Positions 1 through 12,858 are shown, numbered from the stretch's first letter. The stretch: DNA of 64,000 nt from Carcharhinus longimanus (GCA_030264375.1 JASCQW010000001.1:107131757-107195756), one strand, 5' to 3'. Notes: a model not told the origin generated them from the letters alone. Program-made: numbers and translations.

Positions 1-1089
1 TTGCCCAGTCAGATTGCCAGAGAATCCTCCCACCCCAGAGCAAAAATTTCACCTTCCAGAGCATTATCTCCCGGGTTGGATTTGTGGACTGGGAAATATC
101 CCTACTCCGTATTCCTGACATGGGAATGAAAATTGCCACGGTGCCAGCAATTTTGCATAGTAATGTGCATCTGGGCATTTAGAAATGAATCGGGGTACTG
201 ACTATTGATGAAGGGAATCTAAAACACCTGCATCTTTATTGCGTATCACAGAGACGATGCAAATGTATTGTGTCCATTCATACTGCAGCTACATTCAGGA
301 ATGACTGGTGTTACAAAGTACCAATTTTTGTTGATCATATGGCAAGGTGTTTGGGGAGCAATTTTCAGAAGCAAAAAGATAATTTTAACAACTTTAATTT
401 AAAAGGAATAGCTTCCCTTGGTATTTTTAAGAGAATGGTGCAGGCTGGCTCCAAGATACACTTCAACTAGGTGTATTAAAGGTGCCAAATATTGTGTCTG
501 GCTTCTGAGGAGCTGTAGACCTGGAAACGCTCAGCACTGGGCAACCCTAATCTGGCCCCCACCAAAGCCACTGACCTTAATCAGGTAGAGAGTCTTCAAG
601 AAACCTAAAATAATCAAAACCCAGTCCTACTTTCAGCCTTCCCAATGCAATCCTACCAGAGTCAAGGCAGAAGCACAATCGAAAGAGCTATGGACTTTTG
701 GACATGATATAAAATGATTGTAAATGTGTTAAAAGTTTTAAATATTAATAAAATCATGGGATAAAGTTCTTCCTTTGGATAATTTTAACATGAGTGCCGA
801 ACAGGAGTACACACAAGAAACCCATGGAGTTCTCCTGGTGTCATAGCGATTGGCAAAATCCTTGCCGAACACTATTTAGAGCAGGTGTGTACCTGTGAAA
901 CAGCAAGCTCAACTAAATAAGGATACAACATTACTGAAATACTAAAGTTGAAACGGATGTGAAAGCACTGGGAAATATGAAAATAATCAAAATTTTCAAA
1001 AGAACTGGAGGAAAAGTAATAACATATCATCCTCAGTGGTGCTATCCAGATTATGTAGGTGATGGAAACCTGGTACTTACTCCCCCGGA

Positions 1090-1278
1090 AAACAATGAAT
1101 GCTGGATTAATTAAAATGTTCAAGATTGTGTTGGATAAAGTTTTATTGGGGTGAGGACGTTAAAGAGTGTGGAACAAAGGCAGGTGCATGGAATTGATGT
1201 ATGGGTCAGGCATGAACTAAATGAACAGTGGAAGAGGCGCAAGGTCTAAATGACCTACCCCTTGTTCCATGTGCCTAT
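1090..1278 (+). mobile_element. CR1-type LINE 3' tail fragment
   Basis: Resembles the other CR1 3' UTRs in the window (…ttcaagattgtgttggataa…aaatgacctacc…ttccatgt). Confidence 0.6.
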
Positions 1279-1580
1279 CTTCCACTGTGGGTGGAAGTGT
1301 AAGCAAAAGTTGAGCTTGTTTCCAATATCTACAATCGGTTTTTAGCGTTTTTAACTATTTTTCCAATGAATGCACTGATTTTCTGCTGAGGTAACACTAG
1401 TGGAACAGGGCAAATCCACGGAAATTCCAGATGCCTGTCTCTTACAGCTAAATGATAAGCAGGAGCTATTTGAAAATATTTAACTTGGGTAAGCTTCACT
1501 GAGGTTTTTAAGGTGAATAGGATATTGTTAAGTGGTGATCTTACAAAGAAATCAAAATAGTACAAACCATTGGCACATAC

Positions 1581-1715
1581 CTGAACACTGCAAGTGATCC
1601 TGGAATAGCTCCTCCCCACAGGAAGCCACACACCGACCATACTTCATCAGCAGTGGCTCCTTACATGAAATGCATTCAAACTCATTTCGGCAGGTTGCGC
1701 ATGACTCCTCACATG
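1581..1715 (-). CDS. FRAS1: FRAS1 exon 14 equivalent (furin-like repeat 2), 135 nt, phase 1-1
   Basis: gtgaacag|CA...TCAG|gtatgt; (A)CEESCATCRNEFECISCKEPLLMKYGRCVASCGEELFQDHLQCS. Confidence 0.94.
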
Positions 1716-1919
1716 CTGTTCACAGAAACATGGTGAAGTACAGATTAGACCAACTGATTCTTCCAACAAAACAGGGCATGTAGAAATAATCCAATCTTGC
1801 TAGTTACTGCCACCACATTTTGTACTTGACGTAAACCTGTTCCAACTCCACTCAAACTGCAATGTTCAGAACTCTACAGACCTGATTTCTTTGGTTGTCC
1901 TTCACCTGAGGCTCCCAGC

Positions 1920-2825
1920 TGCAGAATCTGTAGGACAAAGGGAACTGGATGTCCCCCTATGTCTCACAAATTTAGCATGTGGGGACAGCAAGTAATTCAG
2001 AAGAAAAATAGAATGTTAGCATTTATTGCAAATGGGGGTAGAGTATAAAGTAGGATGTTTTTCTACAACCACGGCATTGTTGATACTACATCTGGGGTAC
2101 CGAGTACAATTCTGGTCCCCTTATTTAAGTGAAGAATGCATTAGAGACAGCTCAGAAAAGGTTCGCTAGGTTGATTCCTGGAATAAAGAGTTTGACCTGC
2201 AAGGAAAGGTTCAGCAGGTGGGCCTACGCTGATTGGAGTTTAGAAGAACGAGGAGTGGTCTTATTGAAACATGTAATAAGAAACCGAAAGAATTTGATAG
2301 GCCAGATGCAGAGAGGATATTTCCCCTTGCGGGGAAATCTAGAACTGGGGGAACTTCCAATTAACATAGATACATAGAACATTACAGCACAGTGCAGGCC
2401 CTTCAGCCTCAATGTTGCGCCGAGCCATGTCCAATCCCAAGATCAACCTATCCCACTCCCTATCATTCTGCCTATCCAATAACCGCTTGAAAGTTCCTAA
2501 AGTGTCCGACTCCACTATCGCAGCAGGCAGTCTGTTCCACATCCCAACCACTCTCAGAGTGAAGAATTAAGATGGAGAGAGATCAGGAAGGGTTTCTTCT
2601 CAGAGGGCGACTAATTTTGGAATTCTCTTCCCCAGAGGGCAATGGAGGCTGGGTCATTGAATATTTTCAAGATTGTGTTTAACAAGATTTTTGATGAACA
2701 AGGGAGGGAAAGGCAGGCAGGGAAATGGAGTTGAGGCCACAATCAGATCAGCCATGATGTTACTAAATTGTGGAGCAGACGTGACAAGCCAAATCCTACT
2801 TCTATACCTATTTCCTACTTTCCAC
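1920..2825 (+). mobile_element. Decayed CR1-type LINE 3' end (RT C-terminus plus tail), interrupted at 2365-2564
   Basis: ORF 2129..2377 (ALETAQKRFARLIPGIKSL) resembles the CR1 ORF2 C-terminus; a CR1-like 3' UTR follows. Confidence 0.85.
2365..2564 (-). mobile_element. 5'-truncated CR1 3' end nested in the opposite orientation
   Basis: Starts with a catagatacatagaac tail repeat; ORF 2339..2551 (VGMWNRLPAAIVESDTLGTFKRLLD); AATTAA on both sides (2359-2364, 2565-2570). Confidence 0.85.
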
Positions 2826-3067
2826 GTTCATGTGGAATATGTTTTCCCCAGCAGAGAAGGCAAACCGCCTCTGCCAGTCCAGTCTTCAAGCCTGTTTTTG
2901 GCAATTTGCTAGTAGTAGACCAAATTGATTTTACGTAGAACACTACAGCACAAACAGGCCCTTTGGNNNNNNNNNNNNNNNNNNNNNNNNNNNNNNNNNN
3001 NNNNNNNNNNNNNNNNNNNNNNNNNNNNNNNNNNNNNNNNNNNNNNNNNNNNNNNNNNNNNNNNNNT

Positions 3068-3607
3068 TTCCCACACCTAGCAGTGCACTAAGGCAGCCTT
3101 CTGTCTGTTACCATAGCAAGTAATTCCTGGGACAGGTCACTAGTCTGTCACCAGGGTCTTATAGCTTGAGAGGGTACCACTCCACATAACTGACAGAAGA
3201 CATGACAAGATCAGAAAATCCCCATAGGTCTGTACTTATTTCCTTCCAATATTAATCCAATTTTCTTTTGAAAGTTGCTACTGAATCTACTTCCACCATC
3301 TGGTCAGGCAATGCATTCCAGATCAAAGCTCACCATAGTCAGGGAATCACCTGCAATGTTTCCTCTAGTGCCCCTTAATGATCTTTCCTTTGTCCCCTCC
3401 TTTTTCTCTGCACATGTGACTGACAGAAGTCTCTCCCCCTCTTACCACTAGCACTGGCAGTCTGGAAGGACTTGCAGTTTGACGGACTCAACCTGTTTGA
3501 CCATGTTAGGAATGCATCTTCCTTGATATTAAGTCCTGGGGTAAGATTCAAACCTGGAGTTTCTGGCTCAGAGGCAATGATGCTAACCACTGCACCACAA
3601 GACCTCC
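3068..3607 (-). mobile_element. tRNA-headed SINE (related copies at about 6490-6768 and 45100-45642), interrupted at 3201-3408
   Basis: Reverse tRNA-like head (gattcaaacc…gctcagaggc…accactgcaccacaagacc) and a tatagcttgag…ccactccacat…gtctctcc body shared by the three copies. Confidence 0.65.
3201..3408. repeat. Inverted copy of 4648-4878
   Basis: Read by eye: about 7 substitutions over 208 bp plus one 23-bp indel. Confidence 0.9.
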
Positions 3608-3711
3608 TAGTTTATGAGAGTAGTGCAAATGGTGTCACGTACATGAACTTTCAAAATACATTTGACCAACAACAACTTGGATTAATATTATGCTGTTAAT
3701 AAAATAAAATG

Positions 3712-4750
3712 TCTAAAGGCACTTTACAGGAGTAATAGAGAACAAAACCTCACACCAAGTCACATAAGGAGACACTAGGTCAGAGGAAGATGAGGCAGAG
3801 ATATACAGGGAAGGAATTCCAGAGCTTAAGGACAAAGCACCTGAAGGCAAGATCACCAAAGAGTGACTAAAACAGAAAATGTTCAAGAGGCTAATGATGA
3901 TGCTGCACAGAGAGCTAAATGAATTGTCGAGGTGAAGGTGTTTATGGCAAGAAGAGGAGCGAGACCATGAATGTATTTGGAGACAAGGATGCAAATTTTA
4001 ATACTGAGGCAGTATTGATCAGTAGTCAGCACAGGAGAGATCGGTGAGTGGGGCCAACTTTGTATTAGACACAGGCTAAACAAAACAGAAGTTTTGACTG
4101 AGGTTAAGATTACAGAGGGTAAAGTATGGAAATTAGACCATAAGTGCTTTGGAATAAGAAAGTCTAGTTGTAAAAAAGTACAAATGAGGGGCTTCAACAG
4201 CTCACAGACTAAGGCAAGGGTGGGTGATATTGCCAACGTGGAACTAAGCAGTCTTACTGATAGTGCAGATACGTGATTGAGGACGAACACGGCACCAAAA
4301 TTGTGAATAGACTGGTTCAGCCTCAACAGTTTTCAGCTAGAAGGATTAAGTCAGTAACTACAGAACTTATTTGAAGACAAGTACTTCCCTTGCAATATTT
4401 ACTTGAAGGAAATTAATTCTCAGCCAATTTGGACTTTTGAATATGTGTCTAACAAAAGTGGGGGATTTGACAAAGGATCATATGGACTCAAATAGTCAGC
4501 ACCTTTTACACATCTGCCAGACCTGTTGAGAGTTTCCAACATTTTCTTTTTTGGTCAAACACAGAGGTAGGGTAAAGAGAGTGAGAGCTGGGTATTGTCA
4601 AGTGGTAACTTGCTGCATGATTTTAGATGGCATCGCCAATGGCAGTTGAGAAAAAGGAGGGGGCAAAGGAAAGATCATTGAGGGGCACTAGAGGAAACAG
4701 TGCAGGAGCAGAAGATAAACCATTGCAGGTGATTCCCTGACTATGGTGAG
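3712..4750 (-). mobile_element. Decayed L2-type LINE fragment
   Basis: Purine-rich plus strand typical of antisense L2 (gcactttaca…gggaaggaattccagagctta…); ORF 3883..4326 is L2-like. Confidence 0.55.
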
Positions 4751-4855
4751 CTTTGATCTGGAATGCATTGCCTGACCAGGTGATGGAAGTAGATTCAATA
4801 GCAACTTTCAAAAGAAAATTGGATTAATACTGGAAGGGAATAAGTACAGACCTAT

Positions 4856-5077
4856 GGGGATTTTCTGATCTTGTCATGCCTGACGCAGTGAGCATTGAGG
4901 TCGGGACGCTCTTGCAAAACAGCATCTGATCGTTTTGCAGCCAGGCTACTCACCATTTGCCAAAAAGTGTCTGAGTGTGGGATGATTGCAGTGCAGCGCA
5001 TGCCTGACAAAATGGTGCAGATTGCTCCAGCTTTCTCGCTATTATGACTCTTAGATTTTTGGGGGAAAATTCTATCC
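4856..5077. mobile_element. MITE inserted in a CR1 3' tail (host about 4750-5180)
   Basis: Ends ggggattttc…gaaaattctatcc; AT on both sides (4854-4855, 5078-5079); removing it restores the CR1 tail gacctatggtgaaag. Confidence 0.7.
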
Positions 5078-5814
5078 ATGGTGAAAGAGGAGGAGGATGG
5101 GATTAATTGAATGCTTCTGTCAAAGGGTAGGCACCAGCATGACGAGTCAAATGGCCTCCTTCTACACTATATCATGCAATATCCTGTGAAAGAACCCAAC
5201 CAAACCATTTCTTCCGCTACCTAAATCTTCCCTATCACTTAACACCTTACTAATGCTGGAAATCTCTCCAATTTGATACGGAATTATTTCATCAGGTCAG
5301 ACAGTTGCTCAATATAAATGTATTCTTAATTAAATAGCTGCAATTTCTGTGTTACACACCCCATAATTGTTTTTCCCTGCTAGAAGTGACAAAGGGAAGA
5401 ATCATCCCTTGTAATGCTTGAGTGTGAAGGATTGCTCTTCTATATTGTGGTGCTCAAGGTTTCTTATTATAATTATCACTTCTGGTTTTCTTATAGATGT
5501 AGCTCACCTTTCTCATTAGGTTGAATAATTAACTCTGGAATTATACAAGAAATGGAAATAAATTGTGTGTGATTAATTCCTTTTTCTTACAGAATTCAAA
5601 TATATAAAAATAGTTTGTGAAGGTATTTACTCTTCATACAAGAAAATAAACCTGATCAAATACATGAAACACATCATATACTTTCAATGCCTTTGCTTTC
5701 ATTAGCTATTGAAACTAATTTTGAACGGCTAACCTTAAAAGTGAATTCCATAACCTGATAACTCTCTGTAATGAAGTTTCTCTTGTTCTTTGTTCTAAAT
5801 TTCATACAATTAAG

Positions 5815-5950
5815 TCAGGATTCTCCGGCTGTGAGTGCCCCAATACCGAAAATTCCCACCCAAGCTCAACAGATCTTTGAATGGTCCACCGAATCTTCGA
5901 TCTCGCTTGCTACAATTTCCACGGCAGGCGAAAGGGGAAAATTTAGGCCT
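5815..5950. mobile_element. Short MITE-like element
   Basis: Imperfect terminal inverted repeats gtcaggattctcc…ggaaaatttaggcc; CpG-rich interior in an AT-rich intron. Confidence 0.5.
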
Positions 5951-7651
5951 TAATATCTTATCCATGGCCTCTTGCAAGAAATCCCTTACTATCTACTTTG
6001 CTCTAATTCATAATTTTAAACTTCTATCTTTTTGCCCCATGGCTTACATTGTTCCAACAAAAAAGGCATCTAATTTTTCAAATCTTCCTTCACATCTGAA
6101 TTTTCTCATATCCCAGTAGCTTCCTTATGACTTTATCAAGCTGTACTGTTGCCTTTAACGTCTGGTGTACTGTACTCAAATATCAGTATCCATCTGCCCT
6201 TCCACAGTATCAACTTTTATTATTATTCAGAATATACTTGCCACTGCTAATTTACTGTGATGTATCACATCATATTTACTGTCATTAGAATTCTACCACT
6301 CCATCATTTTCAACATCAGTTAGTAGCTTACTATGGTCTTCTAAAGAATGAACAACCATATTTTGGCATCATTAGATATTTTCAGATGATTAATCTTCAA
6401 TTATCCATGAGGTTCTCTGTCAAAGAAATTCCTAAAGTTCACATACACTACATCCACTGCAATCTTCCATCATCATCTTCTCCTTGATTCTCTTCCCACA
6501 CTGAGAGGCACTTGAGGTAGATAGAGCACAAGCAGAGGTTACTACCCTGAATCCAGAGGCTATAGCTTGAGGAGCTCCACTTCACATTAAGCATGGTTGA
6601 CCAGGAGTCTCTCCTAATCTTACCACCCATCATAGGCATACAGATGGATTTGGAGGTTGATAATCAACCTGTTGTCATATTATGAATGCACCTTCCTTGG
6701 ATTAAGGCTCAAACACTGAGCTTCTGGCTCAAAGGCAGGGGCCCTACCCACTGTGCGACAAGACCTCTTCATTTTTTCATCTTTTGTTTGGTAGAGAGCT
6801 ATATGAATGCAAAAACGTTAACTCTGTTTCTCTCTCCACAGATGCTACCACATCTGCTCAATTTATCTGGCATTTTCTGTTTTTACTTCCACCTACCAAG
6901 TCTGTTATTTCAAAAAAAATTCTATGAGATTAGTCAAATGTGACAGTCTCTTTCTCTTTATCATTGTGTTGTAATTTCATGCTTAACAAAATACAGTAAT
7001 ATTTTTCTTACCATAGTTTTTAAAAGAACAGGATTATAGCTACTCAATTAGCTCCATCTACCCTTTTAAAAATGCATACTACACTGTCTATTTTTCAGTC
7101 CTCCAGCACATATACATACTCAATAAAGCCTTGAAATATTTCAACATTTACTGGCTATACTCAAATGTTATGAAGTTTGCAATTATTCCTTCTGAGAAAA
7201 AATTCCTGAAATGAGGAATCTTTTGGCAAAGTTGCTGATAATCAAAGTTAAGACATTTTTGTAAGCTATTGAGATAAATTTATTTTCTTGATAAGCGTGT
7301 TTATGGATACATTCGCAGTGAATCACTTTCCAACTGACCTTGATGAAAAAGGTAGAGCTTAATGGACTAAGGCATCTGTCAGATTTGATGAAAACAAGAG
7401 CTGAAGCAGATATAAGTGCAAGTACAAGATACATTCCCATTTCCTAACAGATGGAAAAGGGAGATTTAATAATCCAGAATGATAGTCTTCCAATAGACTC
7501 TATTAGTGCAGTAATTTAACTATTATCTTAACAATTGCCTTCACCATGAATACTCGCTTATTATACACATGATGTGATAACCAAGTTAGCAAATGTTCTG
7601 CATACAGCTCTGTGAATTCATAACATTTAACTTTAAACTATTACATTCCCA

Positions 7652-7880
7652 ATAGAAACATAGAAAATTAGAAGCAGTCGGCCATTTGACCCTTGGAGCT
7701 TGCTCTACCATTCATTTTGATTGTGGCTAATCATCGAACTCAATATCCTGATTCCCCTTCCCCCCATTTCCCTTGATCCCTTTAGCCCCAAGGGCTATAT
7801 CTAATTTCTTTTCAAAATCAGACAACATTTCTGGCCTCAACTACTTTCTGTGTTGGAACACATTCACCACCCACTGAGTG
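7652..7880 (-). mobile_element. CR1 LINE 3' tail
   Basis: atagaaacatagaaaattagaagcag…ggcc…ccattca… tail pattern. Confidence 0.75.
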
Positions 7881-8037
7881 AAGGAGATGCCCATAAAAAA
7901 GTTTGCTCACTTTGATAAAGATTTCATTCAGCATAAAATCACTCAACGTACCAGATGCCCAAACACCCTCTGGTATTGTCAGTATTGCAAGGGCAAATTT
8001 CAAAATAAGCAGAAGCACAGATGAATTTATCACATAC

Positions 8038-8181
8038 CTTTACATTGTCCACCTTCTGAGTAGAATCCAGGGTCACAGCTCTGTAAACAGCGGCCGTTCT
8101 GCAAGAATTTGTTCTTATCATAGCAGATGTCACAATGATCAGGAGTGTGTGTGCAGGTCAGGCAATCAGCATGACACTGAA
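8038..8181 (-). CDS. FRAS1: FRAS1 exon 13 equivalent (furin-like repeat 1), 144 nt, phase 1-1
   Basis: cttcatag|TT...AAAG|gtatgt; (V)QCHADCLTCTHTPDHCDICYDKNKFLQNGRCLQSCDPGFYSEGGQCK. Confidence 0.95.
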
Positions 8182-8781
8182 CTATGAAGTAAATAATAAA
8201 GTAAAATATTAACTAATCTTTCATGGACTACAAACTATCCCCACAGACATGTTGTTTCCTCCATTTATTCTTCAGACAATATAGAAGAGGCTTTCATTTT
8301 GACCAAAAGGTTATTTAATAAATGCCTAAAAAACATNNNNNNNNNNNNNNNNNNNNNNNNNNNNNNNNNNNNNNNNNNNNNNNNNNNNNNNNNNNNNNNN
8401 NNNNNNNNNNNNNNNNNNNNNNNNNNNNNNNNNNNNATGGTTATTTAATAAATGCATACAAACCATTGCTCTTGATGCAAACAGTGCAGGTTTTATGAAT
8501 ACTATCCACATCTGCATCTGTGATTCAATATCTGCATAGATGGGATTCTTCCCCCTCCTTCTCCACTCCAGAGCCTCTGCCTCATGATATCATTGTTGTA
8601 GATGAATAATCTCAAGCAATTCTCTCAAGATTGGGAAATCTTGCCAACAAGTTTAAAGGCATCCAATCACTAATGCAGCAATTTCAACAGGAGACAAGAA
8701 CAATGCTTTGGGAACAGTTTTTACCCACTGCATATGGAGTCTTTGTGTAATCCCTTTCAGTAAACAATGTAGTATCGATAT

Positions 8782-9117
8782 GGCGGGCATGGTACCACAC
8801 TGGTTAGCACTGCTGCCTCACGGTGCCAGGGACCTGGGTTTGATTTGAACCTTGGGTGATTGTATGGAGTTTGCACTCCTCACCTCCTTTCCCACACTCC
8901 CATGTCAATGTGGGTTTCCCCCCATAGTTCAAAGATTTTCGGTGAATTGGCTTAAATTATCCCTAAGTGTCCAACGATGTGTAGGTGAGAGGATTAGCCA
9001 TGGTAAATGCACGGCGTTACTGGGATAGGGTGGGCCTTGGTGAGATGCTGTTTTGGAGAATCAGTACGGACTTGATAGGCCAAATAGCCTCCTTCTGCAC
9101 TGTAAGTATTCTATGAT
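8782..9117 (+). mobile_element. HE1-like tRNA-derived V-SINE, near full length
   Basis: tRNA-like head (tggttagcactgctgcctcacggtgccagggacctgggttt), tggagtttgcac core, CR1-type tail (cctccttctgcactgtaagtattctatgat). Confidence 0.85.
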
Positions 9118-9916
9118 CCCTTTAACCCCCATGGATGTGACCTTTTCTCACAGATTTCTTAGAGTCCAGTTTCCCTCCGCCTTCAATTGTTTGTCTTCTT
9201 CACCCACCTTTCCTCTCTGCCTGCCATTGTGAGCATTTGCCCTATCACCACCCCTTTCCCACATGGCTCTCCTTCCACACTGGCCCCCTTTGTCTTCATC
9301 AGGCCACCATCCACTTCCTTACCTTGCAATCTACCTTGGTCGAAATTTGGACCTTGATCACAATGGCCACAAGAGTCCCACAGTATAGGGCTGTCTAGAT
9401 CTAGGATTTGCTCAACTTTAAATCAGGTCTGGCTTTATCTCTCAGCTTCCAAGGAGTTGCAAGCTCCACAAGGCCAAAAACTGACACACTCTCTTAAGCT
9501 ACTTTTCCAAACATTAAGCAATCTTGCATGCTAGCTGTATCCTAATTGAATTCACAGAGATACTCAAAGCAAAGAATCCCACTTAGCTCCACTCATCTCC
9601 ATGGCAATGTGACACTCACAGCTTCTTTCCAGTGTTATGAACAATAATTTTAACCTGAATTACTCTAGATATTTGAACGTTAAAAAAGGGAAAAACACAT
9701 TCAGTTTCATTTAGATTTTTGTTAGTGAACCTTGGTGCTTGGATAGATTTGTCACTGATAGGTTTCAGGTCTTTTGGGTTTGTTTGTATATATACAGTTT
9801 TAATGAAGTTTTACAAGCACTGAAGTGAAGGAGATCGATTAAAGAGGGTTGGAATTTCAGTGGTTGAGAAAATAGAATAACAATAGAAAAAGCTGTACCA
9901 TTGCCTTGTGACAGCT

Positions 9917-10920
9917 TTTCATTTCATTTGTCGGACATGGACATCACTGACTAGGCCAGCATTTATTGCCCTAGTTGCCCTTGAGAAAGTAGTGGTGAAC
10001 TGTCTTCTTGAAACGCTGCAGCCCAGGTGCTGCAGGTTGACCCACAATGCCATCAGGATTTTGACCCTGTGATTGCGAAGGAACACCATACATTTCCAAG
10101 TCAGGATTGTGAGTGGTTTGGAGGGAAACTTGCAGGTGGTGGTGTTCCCATGTATCTGATATCTTTGTCTTTCTAGGTGGAAATCGTCATGGGTTCTGGT
10201 AGATAGTACACATTGCTGCAACTAATCATTGATGGTGGAGGGAGTGGATATTTGTGAATGAGATGCCAATTAAAAAGGCTGCTTTGTCCTGGATGGTGTC
10301 AAGCTTTTTGAGTGTTGTTGGAGCTGCACCTACCCAGGCAAATGGGGAGTATTCCATCACACTCCTGACTTGTAGATGGTGGACAAGCTTTTGGGAATCA
10401 GGAAGTGAGTTACTTGCTGCAGTATCCCTGGCCTCTGATCCGCTCTGATAGTCACTGTCTTTATGTGGCAAGTCCAGTTGAGTTCCTGGTCAATGGTAAC
10501 CCCAAGGATGTCGACAGTGGGGTATTCAGCGATGGTGACATCATTGAATGACAAAGGGCTATAGATAGAGTGTCTCATATTGGTGATGGTCATTGCCTGG
10601 TATTTGTGTAGCATGAATGTTACTTGCCATTTGTCAGCCCAAGCCTGCATGTTGTCCAAATTTTGTTGTATTTGAACATGGACTGCTTCAGTGTCTGAGG
10701 AGTCATGAATAGTGCTGAACATTGTGCAATCATCCGCCAACATGCACACTTCTGTCCTTATGATGGAGGGAAGGTCATTGGTGAAGCAGCTGAAGATGGT
10801 TACACCTAGGACACTAGCCAGAGGGACTCCAAATGTCCTGCAGCCAAGAAAGCTGACCTTCCACAACCATCTTCCTATGTGCCACGTATAACTCCAGCCA
10901 GCAGAGAGTCTTTCCCTGAT
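9917..10920 (-). mobile_element. CR1/L2-group LINE, 3' ~1 kb with RT motifs, frameshifted
   Basis: ORF 10357..10866 (GVPLASVLG…IFSCFTNDLP…MLADDCTMF…AWADKWQVTF) and ORF 10226..10471 (QVRSVMEYSPFAW). Confidence 0.9.
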
Positions 10921-11139
10921 CCAGTGACACAGATGCAGAAGAGACAGGGTGTGTTCAGTGTGAGTCAGAAAAAGAAGACAATGATTTTTAAGATGAGAAG
11001 AAAATCAGCAATGCTAATGGGACAGTAGTTAACTGAATAATTAGTTATGGAACTCAGTGAAATGACCAGTTTAGCTGAGATACTACCAGGTAATGTTTAA
11101 AAGTTTAGTAAACTAATTGCTTTGCAATTGTAGAAACAG

Positions 11140-11246
11140 TGAGTTCAGAGGCAAAAAAATGCTGAAAATTTTCAACAGATCTGACAGCATCAGTAAAGGG
11201 AGAACGGAGCCAACTTTGAGTCTGGGTGTACCTTCGTCAGAGCTGA
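11140..11246 (-). mobile_element. Penelope-type terminal fragment
   Basis: Same end motif as 12859-13025 and 25112-25325; minus strand contains ctgacgaagg. Confidence 0.55.
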
Positions 11247-12231
11247 GTTTAGATGTGATTTCTGGGTGTGTCGGGGAGAAATGTGAGTTGGGTGAGAAGT
11301 ATGAAGTGAATGCTCAAGATTTCACTGGAAGAAAACTGTTTGCAGCTGCGCTAGTCCCAGCGAGAAGCCTTGTGTCAAGCTGGTGCTAAAGCTTCACTGG
11401 TTTATGCCTCTACAAAGATATTGCGCGAGTAGAGGAATAGTGAGAATTTGAATTGTCTTCTTGTGATCTTTCCAACCTTATTGTCTCGTGCATTTAGGGT
11501 AGGTTGCTGAATGAGAAACCAAATGGCAAGGATGGAGAGGTCCCTTTTCTCAGATTAATAAGAACACATCAGTGGGTTTATTATGGACAAGGGGGAGGGC
11601 AAGGTAGCTTCAATAGGATATCAAGAAGTCAAAGTGATTAATTTTGCAATAAGGCAGCAAGAAGATTTTGACAGCTATTAAAATACTTTAAAATGTTGAA
11701 AATAAGTAAATGCTATTCACACAGGGGGTTAATTTTACAAATTGGTGATCATAATATGGGGTTCACCACTGGGTTCACAAATTTGGGAGTAGAGCAAGCG
11801 CCCAACAGATTTCTGGTCAATTCCCAAAACATTCTTCTGGTGGGTGAAGTTGCAAACCGTTTACACAAACATGCAAGATGCCCCGACGTAATACCATTTT
11901 ATGTTCTACATTATTGAATTCAAGTTGAAATGATTCAGGTTTCTGACCAGCCATTACAACAACCAACTGCTTCAACCATTGTAAAACTGCCCCTCTGATT
12001 TGGCCAATTTCCAAAATGAACAGGTCTACTTGTGTTCAAGTTTTAAAAGGTTCCTCTGTTATCCACAGCTGGATGCTGAGGTTGTATTGTGCGTGCAGTA
12101 CAATAGGGCAGGACACTGGAGCTTGCATCATACAACATATTTGTGTAAGCATTTGTAAGGCATTTAAATACATTGCCCACTTTTGAGTGGATGTATCCTG
12201 AGCCAGTCTTGGTGGAAAAGGGAGATGCAGA

Positions 12232-12538
12232 GCCTCAGAGCTCCAGGGACCTGGGTTCAATTTCCCAATTGGGTCACTGACTGTATGGAGTTTGCACATT
12301 CTCCCTACGTCTGCATGGGTTTCCTTCACGTGTTCTGTTTCCTTCCACAGTCCAAAGATGTGCAAGTTAGGTTGATTGGCCGTGCTAAATTGACCCTCAA
12401 TGACCAGGGATGCTTACATTAGAGGGATTAGCGGATTAAATATGTGGAGTTATGGGGATAGGGCCTGGGTGAGATTGCCAGTGCAAACTCGATGAGCCGA
12501 ATTGCCTCATTGCACTACAGGTATTCTAAATAATTCTA
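12232..12538 (+). mobile_element. HE1-like V-SINE, 5'-truncated
   Basis: ccagggacctgggttcaattt…tggagtttgcacattctccc…cacagtccaaagatgtgcaagttagg…attct tail. Confidence 0.85.
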
Positions 12539-12858
12539 AAATAAAGGCAGCAGAGCAACTTAAGGCTGTTCTGCTGTATTCCACGGAATCTGACTCCCGA
12601 GGGTTACTCTAGCAGGAACTTGAGGTGTGCATCTCTTTTTTAGATCTATATACATTAATTGCAAACAAAATACAATTGTGCATACAAACTATATCACAAA
12701 TCTGTCAGAAAAATGGCAGTTTGAATCTGCTCTTTTATTCTGTCACATAAACTTCACATTTACTTGTAAAATGATGACAGTAATATATAATTTCAGTCAG
12801 TTAAGATGCCCAGTTATTAAACTGAAACCTACTGAACAACATAAATATATGCATCATT

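Noticed and set aside
8309-8466. Direct repeat ggttatttaataaatgc on both sides of an N gap
   Set aside because: Pattern of an unmerged contig overlap with a degraded read end, not a biological repeat
8782-8860. tRNA-like sequences (also near 3540-3605, 14600-14660, 58800-58872)
   Set aside because: These are SINE heads followed by SINE bodies; no complete cloverleaf
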